From assembly GCA_002269645.1 (NCBI GenBank), contig NIVC01000024.1, positions 248,001-312,000 of the forward strand: a stretch of 64,000 nucleotides of DNA, written 5' to 3'. This stretch comes from Macrostomum lignano. Lineage: Eukaryota. Shown here in pieces: positions 36,394 through 55,900 of this stretch (within the stretch, counting starts at the first letter, position 1; each line of letters begins with the position of its first letter). The notes under the pieces were generated by a model that made no database searches, was not told the DNA's origin, and worked only from the letters and a program-made list of their open reading frames with translations. The translations under genes and the position numbers were made by a program.

Positions 36394-37019
36394 GTACGCA
36401 ATGGATTGGGTATCGATAGTGGGTATGGGTATGAAACCAAAATTACTCTTAATGTTGCTGGTAGATATAAACGGAGCTCTTCTGCTTCGATGGTGTCTCT
36501 GGCACGAGAGGCAAAAGACCTGTTATATTTAAAATAAACTTTAAATGGAGCTGCAGGGTTGCTTGATTGACACCCTGTTCCGTGTATTTGCCTGAGAAAA
36601 TTGGTAAAAACATTGATGTTGATTCAATGCGACTCTTGTCCGTCTTGTCTAAACAACTGTGCTTTTCAAGATTACTCTCATAGCACTCATTTTCACTCTA
36701 AATTTGTAGGCTTAAATTCATCCTGACACGTCTCAAACAGTGGCAACTTGTAAAACAGTTTTTTTCTTGATAGGTTTTGAACTAAACTGCCGTATATCAG
36801 TGGGAATTTTAACACAAAGCTAAAACTGTTATGCGTCGGATAATTTTTACCTCTTCATTTTCACCCGTCAATCAAAAGTCAAGTGTTATCCACTCTTTAT
36901 TTAAATGTGTATTGATGCCGAAAGCAATATATTCTACTGGGGAAAGTAGTGAATAGGGCAAATATGTTGGCTAATTTGAGCTCTTCCTACTGAACAGTCA
37001 CTGGTTCTCTTCAACGGCT

Positions 37020-42386
<5,367 letters not shown>

Positions 42387-42851
42387 AATTGCAGTAATCC
42401 CTTTTTCGAATATAGGCTCGCATAAATAAAATTAGAAATTCTAATAATTTTAATTTCAATTTTAATTTAGCGCCAAAACAGACTTCCATAGGCAACTATG
42501 GTAGAACTGTACTCTATTGTTTCCAGTGCTCAAGTACGAACATTGTTTGTACTCACACGCAGTAGAAGGCGCCTTTAAGTGTACTCAGAGCCTTTAACGA
42601 ATGCTTATGCACCTCATGCAGTGTCCACCTCAGTTGGCAGAGCGCAGCACAGCACTGCATAGAGTGCACGGATCACTGAAACAATGCTGCACCTCCATGT
42701 ACATTATTTACACTATCCCATAAATACATATTCTCAAGGATGAAAAACTCATTGTAATATGAGATCATTAGAAATGAGGATTCAAACAGGTTTGCAGAGA
42801 ATTCTGTGGAAAATCTAGATGTGAATTTCTGACAGTTGAGTAAGGAGAGAT

Positions 42852-45035
42852 AAGTGAGAGGGGAGTAGAGTGAGAGGGGAGTAGAGTGAGAGGGGAGTAG
42901 AGTGAGGGAGTAGAGTGAAAGGGGAGTAGAGTGAGAGGGGAGTAGCGTGAGAGGGGAGTAGAGTGAGAGGGGAGTAGAGTGAGAGGGGAGTAGAGTGAGA
43001 GGGGAGTAGAGTGAGGGAGTAGAGTGAAAGGGGAGTAGAGTGAGAGGGGAGTAGCGTGAGAGGGGAGTAGAGTGAGAGGGGAGTAGAGTGAGAGAGGAGT
43101 AAAGTGAGAGAGGAGTAGAGTGAGAGGGGAGTAGAGTGAGAGGGGAGTAGAGTGAGAGGAGAGTAGAGTGAAAGGGGTGTAGAGTGAGAGAGGAGTAGAG
43201 TGAGAGGGGAGTAGAGTGAGAGGGGAGTAGAGTGAGAGGGGAGTAGTGTGAGAGGGGAGTAGAGTGAGAGGGGAGTAGAGTGAGGGAGTAGAGTGAAAGG
43301 GGAGTAGAGTGAGAGGGGAGTAGCGTGAGAGGGGAGTAGAGTGAGAGGGGAGTAGAGTGAGAGGGGAGTAGAGTGAGAGGGGTGTAGAGTGAGAGAGGAG
43401 TAGAGTGAGAGGGGAGTAGAGTGAGAGAGGAGTAGAGTGAGAGGGGAGTAGAGTGAGAGGGGAGTAGAGTGAGAGGGTAGTAGAGTGAGAGGGGAGTAGA
43501 GTGAGAGGGGAGTAGAGTGAGAGAGGAGTAGAGTGAGAGGGGAGTAGAGTGAGAGGGGAGTAGAGTGAGAGGGGAGTAGAGTGAGAGGAGAGTAGAGTGA
43601 AAGGGGTGTAGAGTGAGAGAGGAGTAGAGTGAGAGAGGAGTAGAGTGAGAGGGGAGTAGAGTGAGAGGGGTGTAGAGTGAGAGAGGAGTAGAGTGAGAGG
43701 GGAGTAGAGTGAGAGAGGAGTAGAGTGAGAGGGGAGTAGAGTGAGAGGGGAGTAGAGTGAGAGGGTAGTAGAGTGAGAGGGGAGTAGAGTGAGAGGGGAG
43801 TAGAGTGAGAGAGGAGTAGAGTGAGAGGGGAGTAGAGTGAGAGGGGAGTAGAGTGAGAGGGGAGTAGAGTGAGAGGAGAGTAGAGTGAAAGGGGTGTAGA
43901 GTGAGAGAGGAGTAGAGTGAGAGGGGAGTAGAGTGAGAGGGAAGTAGAATGAGATGGGTGTAGAGTGGTAGATTGAGGAGAGTATAGTGAGAGGGGAGTA
44001 GAGTGAGAGGGGAGTAGAGTGAGAGGGGAGTAGAGTGAGAGGGGAGTAGAGTGAGGGAGTAGAGTGAAAGGGGAGTAGAGTGAGAGGGGAGTAGAGTGAG
44101 AGGGGAGTAGAGTGAGAGGGGAGTAGAATGAGATGGGTGTAGAGTGGTAGATTGAGGAGAGTATAGTGAGAGGGGAGTAGAGTGAGAGGGGAGTAGAGTG
44201 AGAGGGGAGTAGAGTGAGAGGGGAGTAGAGTGAGGGAGTAGAGTGAAAGGGGAGTAGAGTGAGAGGGGAGTAGAGTGAGAGGGGAGTAGAGTGAGAGGGG
44301 AGTAGAGTGAGAGGGGAGTAGAGTGAGAGAGGAGTAGAGTGAGAGAGGAGTAGAGTGAGAGGGGAGTAGAGTGAGAGGGGAGTAGAGTGAGAGGAGAGTA
44401 GAGTGAAAGGGGTGTAGAGTGAGAGAGGAGTAGAGTGAGAGGGGAGTAGAGTGAGAGGGGAGTAGAGTGAGAGGGGAGTAGTGTGAGAGGGGAGTAGAGT
44501 GAGAGGGGAGTAGAGTGAGAGGGGAGTAGAGTGAGAGGGTAGTAGAGTGAGAGGGGAGTAGAGTGAGAGGAGAGTAGAGTGAGAGGGTAGTAGAGTGAGA
44601 GGGGAGTAGAGTGAGAGGGGAGTAGAGTGAGAGGGGAGTAGAGTGAGAGGAGAGTAGAGTGAGAGGGGAGTAGAGTGAGAGGGGAGTAGAGTGAGAGGGG
44701 AGTAGTGTGAGAGGGGAGTAGAGTGAGAGGGGAGTAGAGTGAGAGGGGAGTAGAGTGAGAGGGGAGTAGAGTGAGAGGGGAGTAGAGTGAGAGGGGAGTA
44801 TAGTGAGAGGGGAGTAGAGTGAGAGGAGAGTAGAGTGAGAGGGGAGTAGAGTGAGAGGGGAGTAGTGTGAGAGGGGAGTAGAGTGAGGGAGTAGAGTGAG
44901 AGGGGAGTAGAGTGAGAGGGGAGTAGTGTGAGAGGGGAGTAGAGTGAGGGAGTAGAGTGAGAGGGGAGTAGAGTGAGAGGGGAGTAGTGTGAGAGGGGAG
45001 TAGAGTGAGGGAGTAGAGTGAGAGGGGAGTAGAGT
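42852..45035. repeat. G-rich minisatellite, 16-bp unit (GAGTAGAGTGAGAGGG), about 2.2 kb
   Basis: Long tandem array with 13- and 16-bp variants. Confidence 0.97.
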
Positions 45036-46363
45036 AACAGGGATTTGGAGCGAAAATGGTGAACAGTGGAGGTGAATTTTATGTTTTTAATGCAGCATCC
45101 AACCCCTTAAACTCTAAACAACTGCAAAGTGCATAGGTGAAGATAATGTATGACGCATGAGTCATCCTGGGTTCTGTTTCTTCCACCTTGAACAACAGAG
45201 CTCCGTGCTACGTGGGGACATTTAGCTAGCAAAGCTTCGGTATTCGCTATATTCTGTATTATTCAAGTTTTTGTGCCATGAAATATTTGCTCCCAATTTG
45301 AATGCCGAACGGATGTTGTATTGAAATTCGCTGTGTGCCTGTGTTGGTTAATATAGCTGAGATAAGCCAGAATACAGCTAGCTATAGCTAATGTATTGTA
45401 AAATGCTTGATATAGAAAGAAGCTTTAAAATGTGTTTAATGTGCTGAAAACTGGATCAACAAAGAATAAATTAGAAACAAATTAATAAAGCGGACCATTA
45501 TTTAGCAATGAATGAAAAAAATTGATGCTATTTTATCGCCATGACACAGTTTTCAAAGCTAAATGGGCCCAAGCTTTCGGTTGCTTTCGGGCAAAAACTG
45601 CCACTCAATAGGCAATGCACTGCATTAGTTTCCATCAATTTCTGGCCATTTTTCGAGCCCCATTCTTAAATTTTTTACTCTCATGTTGTTTAGCAATGAT
45701 ATTAGAGTGCTTTTATCGAGTTAGTTTTGGTTTTAAGCATTTTATTCGAATAATAAATCACCTAATAAAATACGTTGTGAATAACTTATCGCAAAAAAGT
45801 GATAGGTGGTCGTCACATTAAATGTCCATTTTTCCATTTTTCAGCCTCTTCTGACAAAGTTTTATTTGCTAATCAGATAGGGCATATAATTTCGAATATT
45901 TTTGTGCAGTTTTGGCCTTCCAAGTACTTCTCTGTCTCAAGCACAACTGGAAATAGTTTGCATGACCCTATAATTCTTCATCGTCTCACGCAGTATTTTG
46001 CAAATTTCTTTTATTTTGACGCAATAAATACTATTAAAACTTATACCATTCGAAAGATATTTTTCTCAGGAATAAAACGACACCAAGATCAAGAAATAAT
46101 TCTGTACCGTTGCTGAGATATTTGAGTTTTTCTAAAGGCACTAGCGCTGTCTCAGCTAGGTCTGTCATTTCTGCCATGGCCTGGGCGGGCGGGCTGGGTC
46201 TGTGTGGAACACAATGATGCGGTCCAGTTTTTCAACTATAGAATTGGCGGGGGCCGCCATTAGCGAGTTCCGAATTCATTCCCTCTCCTCTGCTCCTCTG
46301 CTCTAGCTAGCCTTGCTTTGTCTTGCCCCAATTCTACTATCCAACCTATCCCTACCTACAACC

Positions 46364-47095
46364 ATGAGCGCCCCAGCAGCTGCCGCCCCGGCCAAGAAGG
46401 TGCCGAAGCCGAAGAAGCCTGCCAAGCCGAAGAGCCACCCGTCCTACACTGACATGATCAACGCCGCCATTGCGGGCCTGAAAGAGCGCAAAGGCTCGAG
46501 CCGTCAGGCCATCGTGAAGTACCTGCGCGCCAACTACAAGTTCGATGCCAACGAGAAGATCGACGTTTACGTCAAGGCCGCTTTGAAGGCTGGCAGCAAG
46601 AGCGGCCGGTACACCCACACGAAGGGTGCCGGGGCCAGCGGCTCCTTCCAGCTGGCCAAGAAGGGCGAGAAGGCCGCCGCGGTCAAGAAGCCGAAGTCGC
46701 CCAAGGCCAAGAAGCCAAAGTCGCCAGCAGCCGCTAGGAAGCCAAAATCACCGGCCGCCAAGAAGCCAAAGTCGCCGGCCGCCAAGAAGGCCAAATCGCC
46801 GGCCGCCAAGAAGGCCAAGTCTCCCGCCGCCAAGAAGGCCAAGTCGCCGGCGGCCAAGAGGACCAAGAAGGCGCCCGCCGCCCCGGCCGCTGCTCCAGCC
46901 GCTGCCCCGGCCGCCGCCGCTGCCCCAGCGGCCGCCGCTCCGGCCACACCGAAGGCGAAAGCCGGCAGGAAGCCGGCGGCCAAGAAGACGCCCAAGGCTA
47001 AGGCGGCCAAGTCGCCCGCTGCCAAGAAGGCGAAGTCGCCCAAGAAGGCGGCCCGGCCGAAGAAGACCCCGACTAAGAAGGCGGCCAAGAAGTGA
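46364..47095 (+). CDS. H1: Histone H1 (linker histone), 243 aa, intronless, solitary
   Basis: Globular winged helix SHPSYTDMINAAIAGLKERKGSSRQAIVKY..KAALK..TKGAGASGSFQL, with K/A/P-rich tails. ATG in ACCATGA at 46364. Confidence 0.96.
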   Translation: MSAPAAAAPAKKVPKPKKPAKPKSHPSYTDMINAAIAGLKERKGSSRQAIVKYLRANYKFDANEKIDVYVKAALKAGSKSGRYTHTKGAGASGSFQLAKKGEKAAAVKKPKSPKAKKPKSPAAARKPKSPAAKKPKSPAAKKAKSPAAKKAKSPAAKKAKSPAAKRTKKAPAAPAAAPAAAPAAAAAPAAAAPATPKAKAGRKPAAKKTPKAKAAKSPAAKKAKSPKKAARPKKTPTKKAAKK

Positions 47096-48289
47096 ACAGC
47101 CATGAACTCTGATATTAGTTGCTTTGCTGACTGACCCACTTAAAATTTCAAGTTAGCCATCGTTTTGTCTGTCATTCTGTACTGTAAAATTCATAATGTC
47201 TGCATAGTTATAGTTTATTTTTTTATTCTGTTTTTTTATTTGTTTCTTCTACTGCTAAGGCAAAGCACCAAAACGAGCCCTAATATTATAATCATATTAA
47301 TAATTAATTAAATTAGTAAACTTGCGCATTTAATAACTCTTGTTTCAGTCTTGTAAATATTAATATTATTTGTTAATTAAAATATAATTAGTTGCAATTA
47401 TATATATATGTATTAATACTAAAATTAAAATGAATTCGAGTTCGAATAATTAATTAAATTAGCAATTTGCATGTATTTTCAAATAAAATTTAAAAGTAAA
47501 GCATTATTTTTTCCCTTGCTATTTGGTTAGTAAAATTATTATTTGAATTTTGTAATATTTTTTGACATCCATCATGTTGAGCAGCTGACAAAGCAACAAA
47601 TACACAGGTGCAATTTGGTAATAGTTTATCAAAGCATGGTTAAATAAAAATACAAAATTTATTGTGGTAAATAAGAAATTTTGTTGTGGCTTTGAAACTC
47701 ATTTTATTGCATGAAAATACAATAAAATTCATCGAACTGCCATCTGTACAGAATTTGATAATGATGGAAAGTTTAAATAAATTTACATGCATAAATGATG
47801 CAATTGAACCTAAATATACATATGTAAGCTGCAAACTACTTGCAGTAATCATACATGCATTACACATAAACATGTTCATGTAAATTGAACGTGTTCTTTT
47901 GACATTGATCAGAGTTAACCATTTGTATTTTGTAAATCACTGACCCTCGATGACTGATTGTGTATGAAAGATAGAAGTCCCGTTTCATGTATGTACGAGT
48001 ATGTACTCGCGAATGTACTATGCATGTACATGATTTAAAAATGCTGATCGAGTGTTTGCGGCGGCTCAATGACCGCAAGTCCTCTACTTTAAATGGTTGC
48101 AAAGGAATCCATTAGGTTTACTATATGTACTTCATACATGTACACGCGCACACAGATACAGTGTAACAGATAAATTGTGACATGTACATTCTCTTTTAGA
48201 CGACTCAAAACGTCTTTTGATCGCTCCGAACTGTCCCTAAAACGGCAACTGTCTCTATACATGTAGCTGCCAAAGTCTGAGATGAATGA

Positions 48290-49190
48290 TAGTGTCTGCA
48301 GATGACTGCTAATATATCTATAGATGGATGCTAGTAGTAGCTACTGTAGGGTCTCTACATGGCTGCTAAGTCTCTAGATGGCTCCACGGGTCTGTAAATG
48401 ATTGCTAATGCATGATAGATGGCTAATAGTGTCTGTAGATGACGGTCACTATCTACCATAGATTACCGCTAGTGCCTATAGACGGCTGCCAGTATCTATA
48501 GATGACTGCTGTGTCTCTAGATGGCTACCAGTATCTATATATGACTGCTAGTGTCTCTAGATGGCTGCCAGTATCTATACGTGTGTCTCTAAATGGCTGC
48601 GTGTCTCTAGATGACTGCTGTCTCTACATGTAGATGGCTGCCAGTATCTATAGATGACTGCTAGTGGCTCTAGATGACTGCTGTCTCTACATGCAGATGG
48701 CTGCCAGTATCTATGGATGACTGCTAGTGGCTCTAGATGACTGCTGTCTCTACATGTAGATGGCTGCCAGTATCTATAGATGACTGCTAGTGGCTCTAGA
48801 TGACTGCTGTCTCTACATGCAGATGGCTGCCAGTATCTATGGATGACTGCTAGTGGCTCTAGATGACTGCTGTCTCTACATGTAGATGGCTGCCAGTATC
48901 TACAAATGACTGCTAGTGGCTCTAGATGACTGCTGTCTCTACATGTAGATGGCTGCCAGTATCTATAGATGACTACTAGCGTCTCTAGATTGACTGCTAG
49001 CGTCTCTAGATGACTGCCAGTGTCTCTAGTAGATGGCTTCCAGTGTCTACAGATGACTGCTTGTGTCTATAGATGAATTCTAGTGTCTATAGATGACTGC
49101 TAATGTCTAATAGATAGCTGCTGCCAGTATCAGCTACTGTACATGTAAGATGACTGCCAGTGTCTACAGATGTGTCTATAGACAATTGAA
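48290..49190. repeat. Degenerate CTAGATGACTGCT-type repeat with about 63-bp higher-order units (about 48630-48960)
   Basis: Recurrent ATGTAGATGGCTGCCAGTATCTATAGATGACTGCTAGTGGCTCTAGATGACTGCTGTCTCTAC. Confidence 0.85.
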
Positions 49191-50179
49191 AAGTGTCCCC
49201 AGGTGAATTCCGCTCTCCATAGACAATCTACAAAGCCAGCAGGCACTGAAACCCAAACCCCAAACCATGATGTTCAACAATATACATGTAGGTCCAAAAA
49301 TAACAGAAAAATACAGCAAACTGTTCTACATTTTACAGAATTTCTTATAAATGGCGTAGGCACACACACACAGCACGGTATCTTTTTAACACACACTATA
49401 TTGAATATATATTGAAATAACTGTTTACAGTCACACACTTTTGCCACATCATAACCCAATGCTGGAATTAAAACAGATTGAAAAGTTTCTGGTCCAATAA
49501 ATTAAGATTATAAAAACACTTGAAACAGCCAAGAGTTGGTAGGAAATATTGCACAAATCTGAATAAAAAACTACCCATATTTTAAAGCAGTAGGGTCAAA
49601 AAAATATTGGCAATTGCTTTAGGGATGATTAAGAGCAAAATAACCTTGCAAGCTGGCGCTCACACTATGAACGCACTGACAGTCTGATAAAAAACAGACT
49701 TACACGTGACACTAACACCATTGATTGATGCAAACTACAGCAAACCGAAGCGGTGCGCAGTGGAAGGAGCAATTGCCTGCAAAACTAAAAAAGATCACAA
49801 AGAGCAACAAAACAAAAAAAGACAAAGTAAAAAACAAAAAATTAGTTCGTAAAATAAAACAAACTCGTTGGATTTTAACCAAATAAAATTTTTTTTTCAT
49901 TTTGAATAAAAATAACAATCGAGCAAATTAAAAAGCAAAAATTTCTCGAATTTTTAACGTTTTTCCAACGACGGGACTTATGGAGATAGAAGCAACACAG
50001 AGGAACAAGTTCTCAGAAAGTGCATCAAGTTCTTTCATCAAGTTTCACAGGCGAGGCCGAAGGCGCTTATTAGACCGGTTTCGGAGTTCTGAAATTATTT
50101 TTAGCGGGAATGTGCATATTTGTTAGCAATAAGAAACACTCTTAATGCGGGATTGACAATGCAAGGCTTAAAGCTTCGG

Positions 50180-50825
50180 GTGACTGAGGGAGGGTAGCGG
50201 CTCTCACTGAGGGAGGGTAGCGGCTCTCACTGAGGGAGGGTAGCGGCTGTCAACTGAGGGAGGGTAGTGGCTGTCAACTGAGGGAGGGTAGCGGCTGTCA
50301 ACTGAGGGAGGGTAGCGGCTGTCACTGAGGGAGGGTAGCGGCTGTCAACTGAGGGAGGGTAGTGGCTGTCAACCGAGGGAGGGTAGCGGCTGTCAACTGA
50401 GGGAGGGTAGCGGCTGTCAACTGAGGGAGGGTAGCGGCTGTCAACTGAGGGAGGGTAGCGGCTGTCAACTGAGGGAGGGTAGCGGCTGTCACTGAGGGAG
50501 GGTAGCGGCTGTCAACTGAGGGAGGGTAGTGGCTGTCAACTGAGGGAGGGTAGCGGCTGTCAACTGAGGGAGGGTAGCGGCTGTCAACTGAGGGAGGGTA
50601 GCGGCTGTCACTGAGGGAGGGTAGCGGCTGTCAACTGAGGGAGGGTAGCGGCTGTCAACTGAGGGAGGGTAGCGGCTGTCAACTGAGGGAGGGTAGCGGC
50701 TGTCACTGAGGGAGGGTAGCGACTGTCACTGAGGGAGGGTAGCGGCTGTCACTGAGGGAGGGTAGCGGCTGTCACTGAGGGAGGGTAGCGGCTGTCACTG
50801 AGGGAGGGTAGGGACTCTCACTGAG
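50180..50825. repeat. Minisatellite, 23/24-bp unit (ACTGAGGGAGGGTAGCGGCTGTCA)
   Basis: Tandem array. Confidence 0.95.
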
Positions 50826-51369
50826 ACCTGAGGGGCGGTAGTGGAGCCCCCAAAGTCTAAAGCAACTTCAGAGCAGCGGAGGAGCATAGCATTGGCAAAA
50901 AATGGATTGAAATATTCATGTGCGGTGAATGAAGGATAAGGTGGGGTGCAAAATACTCGCATATCAGTAAATTTATGCGAATTATGTTTACTAGCCTACT
51001 AGATTTGAAATACGTCAGTAGATAGTCTCAGTGCGGTAATTTCAATTTTTTTATGTTTTATGAGCTAACAGGATTTTTCTCACTTAGCCATGCAAATTGG
51101 TGTTGCAGTGTGCTGTTGAAACAGATAAGCATGCAGTCATCAGTGCATGTGTACTACATATACACATATTTCATACATTTCATACGTATAAAATAAGCTC
51201 AGTGTTTCGCTTTGATAAACAATTCACGTATTACAAAGCTAAGAAAAGTAACACAAGAAAATTAAGAAACTGGGCAGGTTAACTGGCTATTAGAGTGAAA
51301 TCTGTGTACACTTTGTATCCGTACCGATAACAACAAATACAGTCTAGACAGAAAAACACATAGTAAACA

Positions 51370-52320
51370 CACTACCTACAGAATAAGCACACAAGTCACA
51401 GAAGAAACACACTACTCACATAATAAACACACAACTCACATAATAAACACAGAACTTAGAATAAACACACTACTCACAGATTAAACACTCTACTCACAGA
51501 ATAAACAAACTACTCACATAATAAACACACAACACACAGAATAAACACACTACTCACAGAATAAACACACAACTTAGAATAAACACACAACTCACAGAAT
51601 AAACACACAACTTAGAATAAACACACAACTCACATAATAAACACACAACTCATATAATTAACACACAACTTAGAATAAACACATTACTCACAGATTAAAC
51701 ACAATACTCACAGAATAAACACACAACACACAGAATAAACACGCAGTTTACAAAATAAACACAACTCACAGAATAAACACACAACACACAGAATAAACAC
51801 GCAGTTTACAAAATAAACACACAACTCACAGAATAAACACACTACTCACAGAATAAACACACTACTCACAGAATAAACAAACTACTTACATAATAAACAC
51901 ACAACTCATATAATTAACACACAACTTAGAATAAACACATTACTCACAGATTAAACACACTACTCACAGAATAAACACACAACACACAGAATAAACACAC
52001 AACACACAGAATAAACACGCAGTTTACAAAATAAACACAACTCACAGAATAAACACACAACACACAGAATAAACACGCAGTTTACAAAATAAACACACTA
52101 CTCACAGAATAAACACACTACTCACAGAATAAACAAACTACTTACATAATAAACACACAACACACAGAATAAACACGCAGTTTACAGAATAAACACACAA
52201 CTCACATAATAAACACACTACTCACAGGATAAACAAACTAATCACAGAAGAAATACACTACTTACAGAATAAACACGCAGTTTACAGAATAAACACACTA
52301 CTCACAGAATAAACACGCAT
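51370..52320. repeat. A/C-rich minisatellite, about 20-bp unit (ACAGAATAAACACACAACTC)
   Basis: Degenerate tandem array. Confidence 0.92.
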
Positions 52321-52690
52321 AGCAAAGAATACCCACACACAAGCAAAACACACACACATGAACAGATATAAAACGTAGAGATATATAATCCAGTATATTC
52401 CAATTGCAGAACATCACACTGACTGTGCAAGCAAATATATCCATATCTACATGATATCAAAACAGCAATTCACTCTTACTGCACTGTTGCAATTAAACAG
52501 ATCAAATAAATGACCAATTTATCATTGGGTGATCCGTGAGGTAAGTATTCGTGGCCGTTCTGGAAAAAATAGCAAACAAAAATCAAAATACGCGTATCAA
52601 CTACTTAGATCGTTTAGACGAGTAGTAGGGTTTCGCTTTAACTGTGTTTTTTCAAGTGAAAATAAGTTAGTTCTTTTTAGTATCTGTCTT

Positions 52691-52738
<48 letters not shown>

Positions 52739-52980
52739 ACCGAACATTCGAAATTGAATCGAACTCGACAGTTCTGCGCGATCGGCGACCAAATGAAAAT
52801 TATTAGATTAAAAGTTCCTTGATTTTACGTGAATGTAATCTAAGTGAACTCTTATCTATTAACCTACATGTACACAACATAGTGAATTTGATGTCTTTTT
52901 TAACAAGGAAAGTTACTGACAAGCTGGATGGACAGTCAGGGTGTAGGTGAAGTGACTGCCAGATATGCTGAAAATTTTTG

Positions 52981-55900
52981 TTAATCACAGGTCAAGACAG
53001 TCATTGTCAAGCTTTTTAAAACAGAGTCGGAATGATATGCGAGTGGCCTGATGGAAATTCGCATTGGCGAGAGTACAAGTGTACATTGGGGTGTCTGGGG
53101 CCTATGAGTGTACATTGGGGTGTCTGGGTCACGCGAGTGTACATTGGGGGTGTCTGGGTCCCGTGAGTGTACATTGGGGTGTCTGGGGCCTATGAGTGTC
53201 GATTGGGGGTGTCTGGGGCCTATGAGTGTACATTGGGGTGTCTGGGGCCTATGAGTGTACATTGGGGGTGTCTGGGGCCTATGAGTGTACATTTGGGTGT
53301 CTGGGGCCTATGAGTGTACATTGGGGTGTCTGGGGCCTATGAGTGTACATTGGGGGTGTCTGGGGCCTATGAGTGTACATTGGGGTGTCTGGGGCCTATG
53401 AGTGTACATTGGGGTGTCTGGGGCCTATGAGTGCACATTGGGGGTGTCTGGGGCCTATGAGTGTACATTTGGGTGTCTGGGGCCTATGAGTGTACATTGG
53501 GGTGTCTGGGGCCTATGAGTGTACATTGGGGGTGTCTGGGTCCCGCGAGTGTACATTGGGGTGTCTGGGGCCTATGAGTGTACATTGGGGTGTCTGGGTC
53601 ACGTGAGTGTACATTGGGGGTGTCTGGGTCACGTGAGTGTACATTGGGGGTGTCTGGGTCACGTGAGTGTACATTGGGGGTGTCTGGGTCACGTGAGTGT
53701 ACATTGGGGGTGTCTGGGTCACGTGAGTGTACATTGGGGGTGTCTGGGTCACGTGAGTGTACATTGGGGGTGTCTGGGTCATGTGAGTGTACATTGGGGG
53801 TGTCTGGGTCACGTGAGTGTACATTGGGGGTGTCTGGGTCACGTGAGTGTACATTGGGGGTGTCTGGGTCACGTGAGTGTACATTGGGGGTGTCTGGGTC
53901 ACGTGAGTGTACATTGGGGGTGTCTGGGTCACGTGAGTGTACATTGGGGGTGTCTGGGTCACGTGAGTGTACATTGGGGGTGTCTGGGTCACGTGAGTGT
54001 ACATTGGGTCTAGGCCATTGTGCTTGGCGGGCTCCAGGCCGCACATCAGCAATCAGCAGGGTCCAAACAAACAAAGAAGGCACAACGCACCCGTCCTGCA
54101 TGTCCGGCAGGTATTTCTGCGTCTTCCTGTACAAATTGGCCAGTTTGATAGCCAGCACAAAGCAGGGCAGCAGGCAGATGAGGCACAGGCCAAAGCCGGA
54201 CCAGAATCCATTGTAGGGCCTGAGTAAGCTCACGCACGGCGCCTCGATGGCGCGGCGTATGCTGGCGCCGAGAGCGGCGCAATCGATCGAATAGGAGAGC
54301 AGAGAGTCGAGAGCGGGCAGGATGATGAAGTCCAGCAGCTGGGCAGAGGAGCCCAGGCCGCCATCCAGAGCGGACTGGTAGATCAGCGACTGCAGCCGAG
54401 TCTCCGAGCTCAGCTCGGCGCCCAGAGCGGCCAGTCGGTCAGGCAGGGCGGCGCCGCTGGAGTTCAGATTGGCGAACTGCTGCCGCAGCTGGGGCAGCCG
54501 GGCAAGCAGGACGGAGACAGAATCCGTGACTGGGGAGGCGGCCGAGACCAGGTCCAGGTAGAGCTGGTTGAACCTGGTCGATTCGTCCGGATCCGTGGCG
54601 TTGCAGTCGCGCGAGATGTTGTTCAGAGCGGCAAGGAAGGTGGCGAGAGCGCCATCTAGAAGGGGTTTGTTCAGCTTCGCCTGTGGGTGCGGGTTGAAGG
54701 TAGAAAACACGATGCTGATTATTGAATCCCAAAAATTGCACTCCCCAATCCCTTAGAAGATCCCATTACTGAATCCCCAAAAAACATCCCACTCCTAAAT
54801 CTCCCCCAAAATATTCTACTCCTAAATCCCCCATACCAAAAATATCCCACTCCTAAATCCCCCCAAAAATATCCCACTCCTAAATCCCCCCAAACATATC
54901 CCCTCCTAAATCCCCCCAAAAATATCCCACTCCTAAATCCCCCCAAAAATATCCCCTCCTAAATCCCCACAAAAATATCCCACTCCTAAATCCCCTCAGA
55001 GAAATATCCCACTCCTAAATCCCCTCAGAAATATCCCACTCCTAAATCCTCCCAAAATATCCCCACTCCTAAATTCCTCCAAAAATATCCCACTCCTAAA
55101 TCCCCAAAAATATCCCATTCCTAAATCCCCAAAAGTATCCCATTCCTAAATCCCCAAAAATATCCCATTCCTAAATCCCCAAAAATATCCCATTCCTAAA
55201 TCCCCAAAAATATCCCATTCCTAAATCCCCAAAAATATCCCATTCCTAAATCCCCAAAAATATCCCATTCCTAAATCCCCAAAAATATCCCATTCCTAAA
55301 TCCCCAAAAAGATACCATTCCTAAATCCCCACAAAAGATCCTCATTCCTGAATCCCCAAAAAGTGCCACTTGTAAACTCCAATTTCACATCTCAATAGAT
55401 TGCATAGCTTACCTCGAACTCCGTGACATTCAAAGCTGAAGCGTTGGCGGCCATGGACTGCAGCTCCTCCAGCTGGGAAATGTTGAAGGAGGCGCCGGAC
55501 AAGAACTCGGAGCCCCTGCCGGCCAAGTCCGCAACGGTTCGATTCACGAACTGGTCGATCAGACCGGGCAGGCCGACTGCGTCGGCCACGGCCGACATGT
55601 TGAAGGCGCTGGCCAGCGACTCTCCGTTGCAGCCGTTCAACAGGGTGCTGACGGGCTTCTGGATGACGTCCCCAAGAGACAGTTTGCCAAGGATGCCGGC
55701 GCCGCCACGGTTGTTGCTAACGGCCTGACGGGTGGCGTTGTCTAATAGGGAGTAGCCGTATTGGCCCGTGCGGCCGCTCAGGTAGCGGCAGACCTCCGTG
55801 TCTGGGGGGTAGATAGGTGGATAAATAGACGGTAGATATGCGAGTAGATAGATGGTAGATAGGTGGGTAGATAAACGGTAGATAGATTGGTAGATAGACG

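Noticed and set aside
46200-46260. H1-box-like (GAACACA) and H4-site-II-like (GCGGTCC) promoter elements
   Set aside because: Neither matches the consensus exactly; too short to support.
46567-47139. Antisense and alternate-frame ORFs over H1 and other GC-rich exons
   Set aside because: Shadows of GC-rich coding sequence with no independent motifs.
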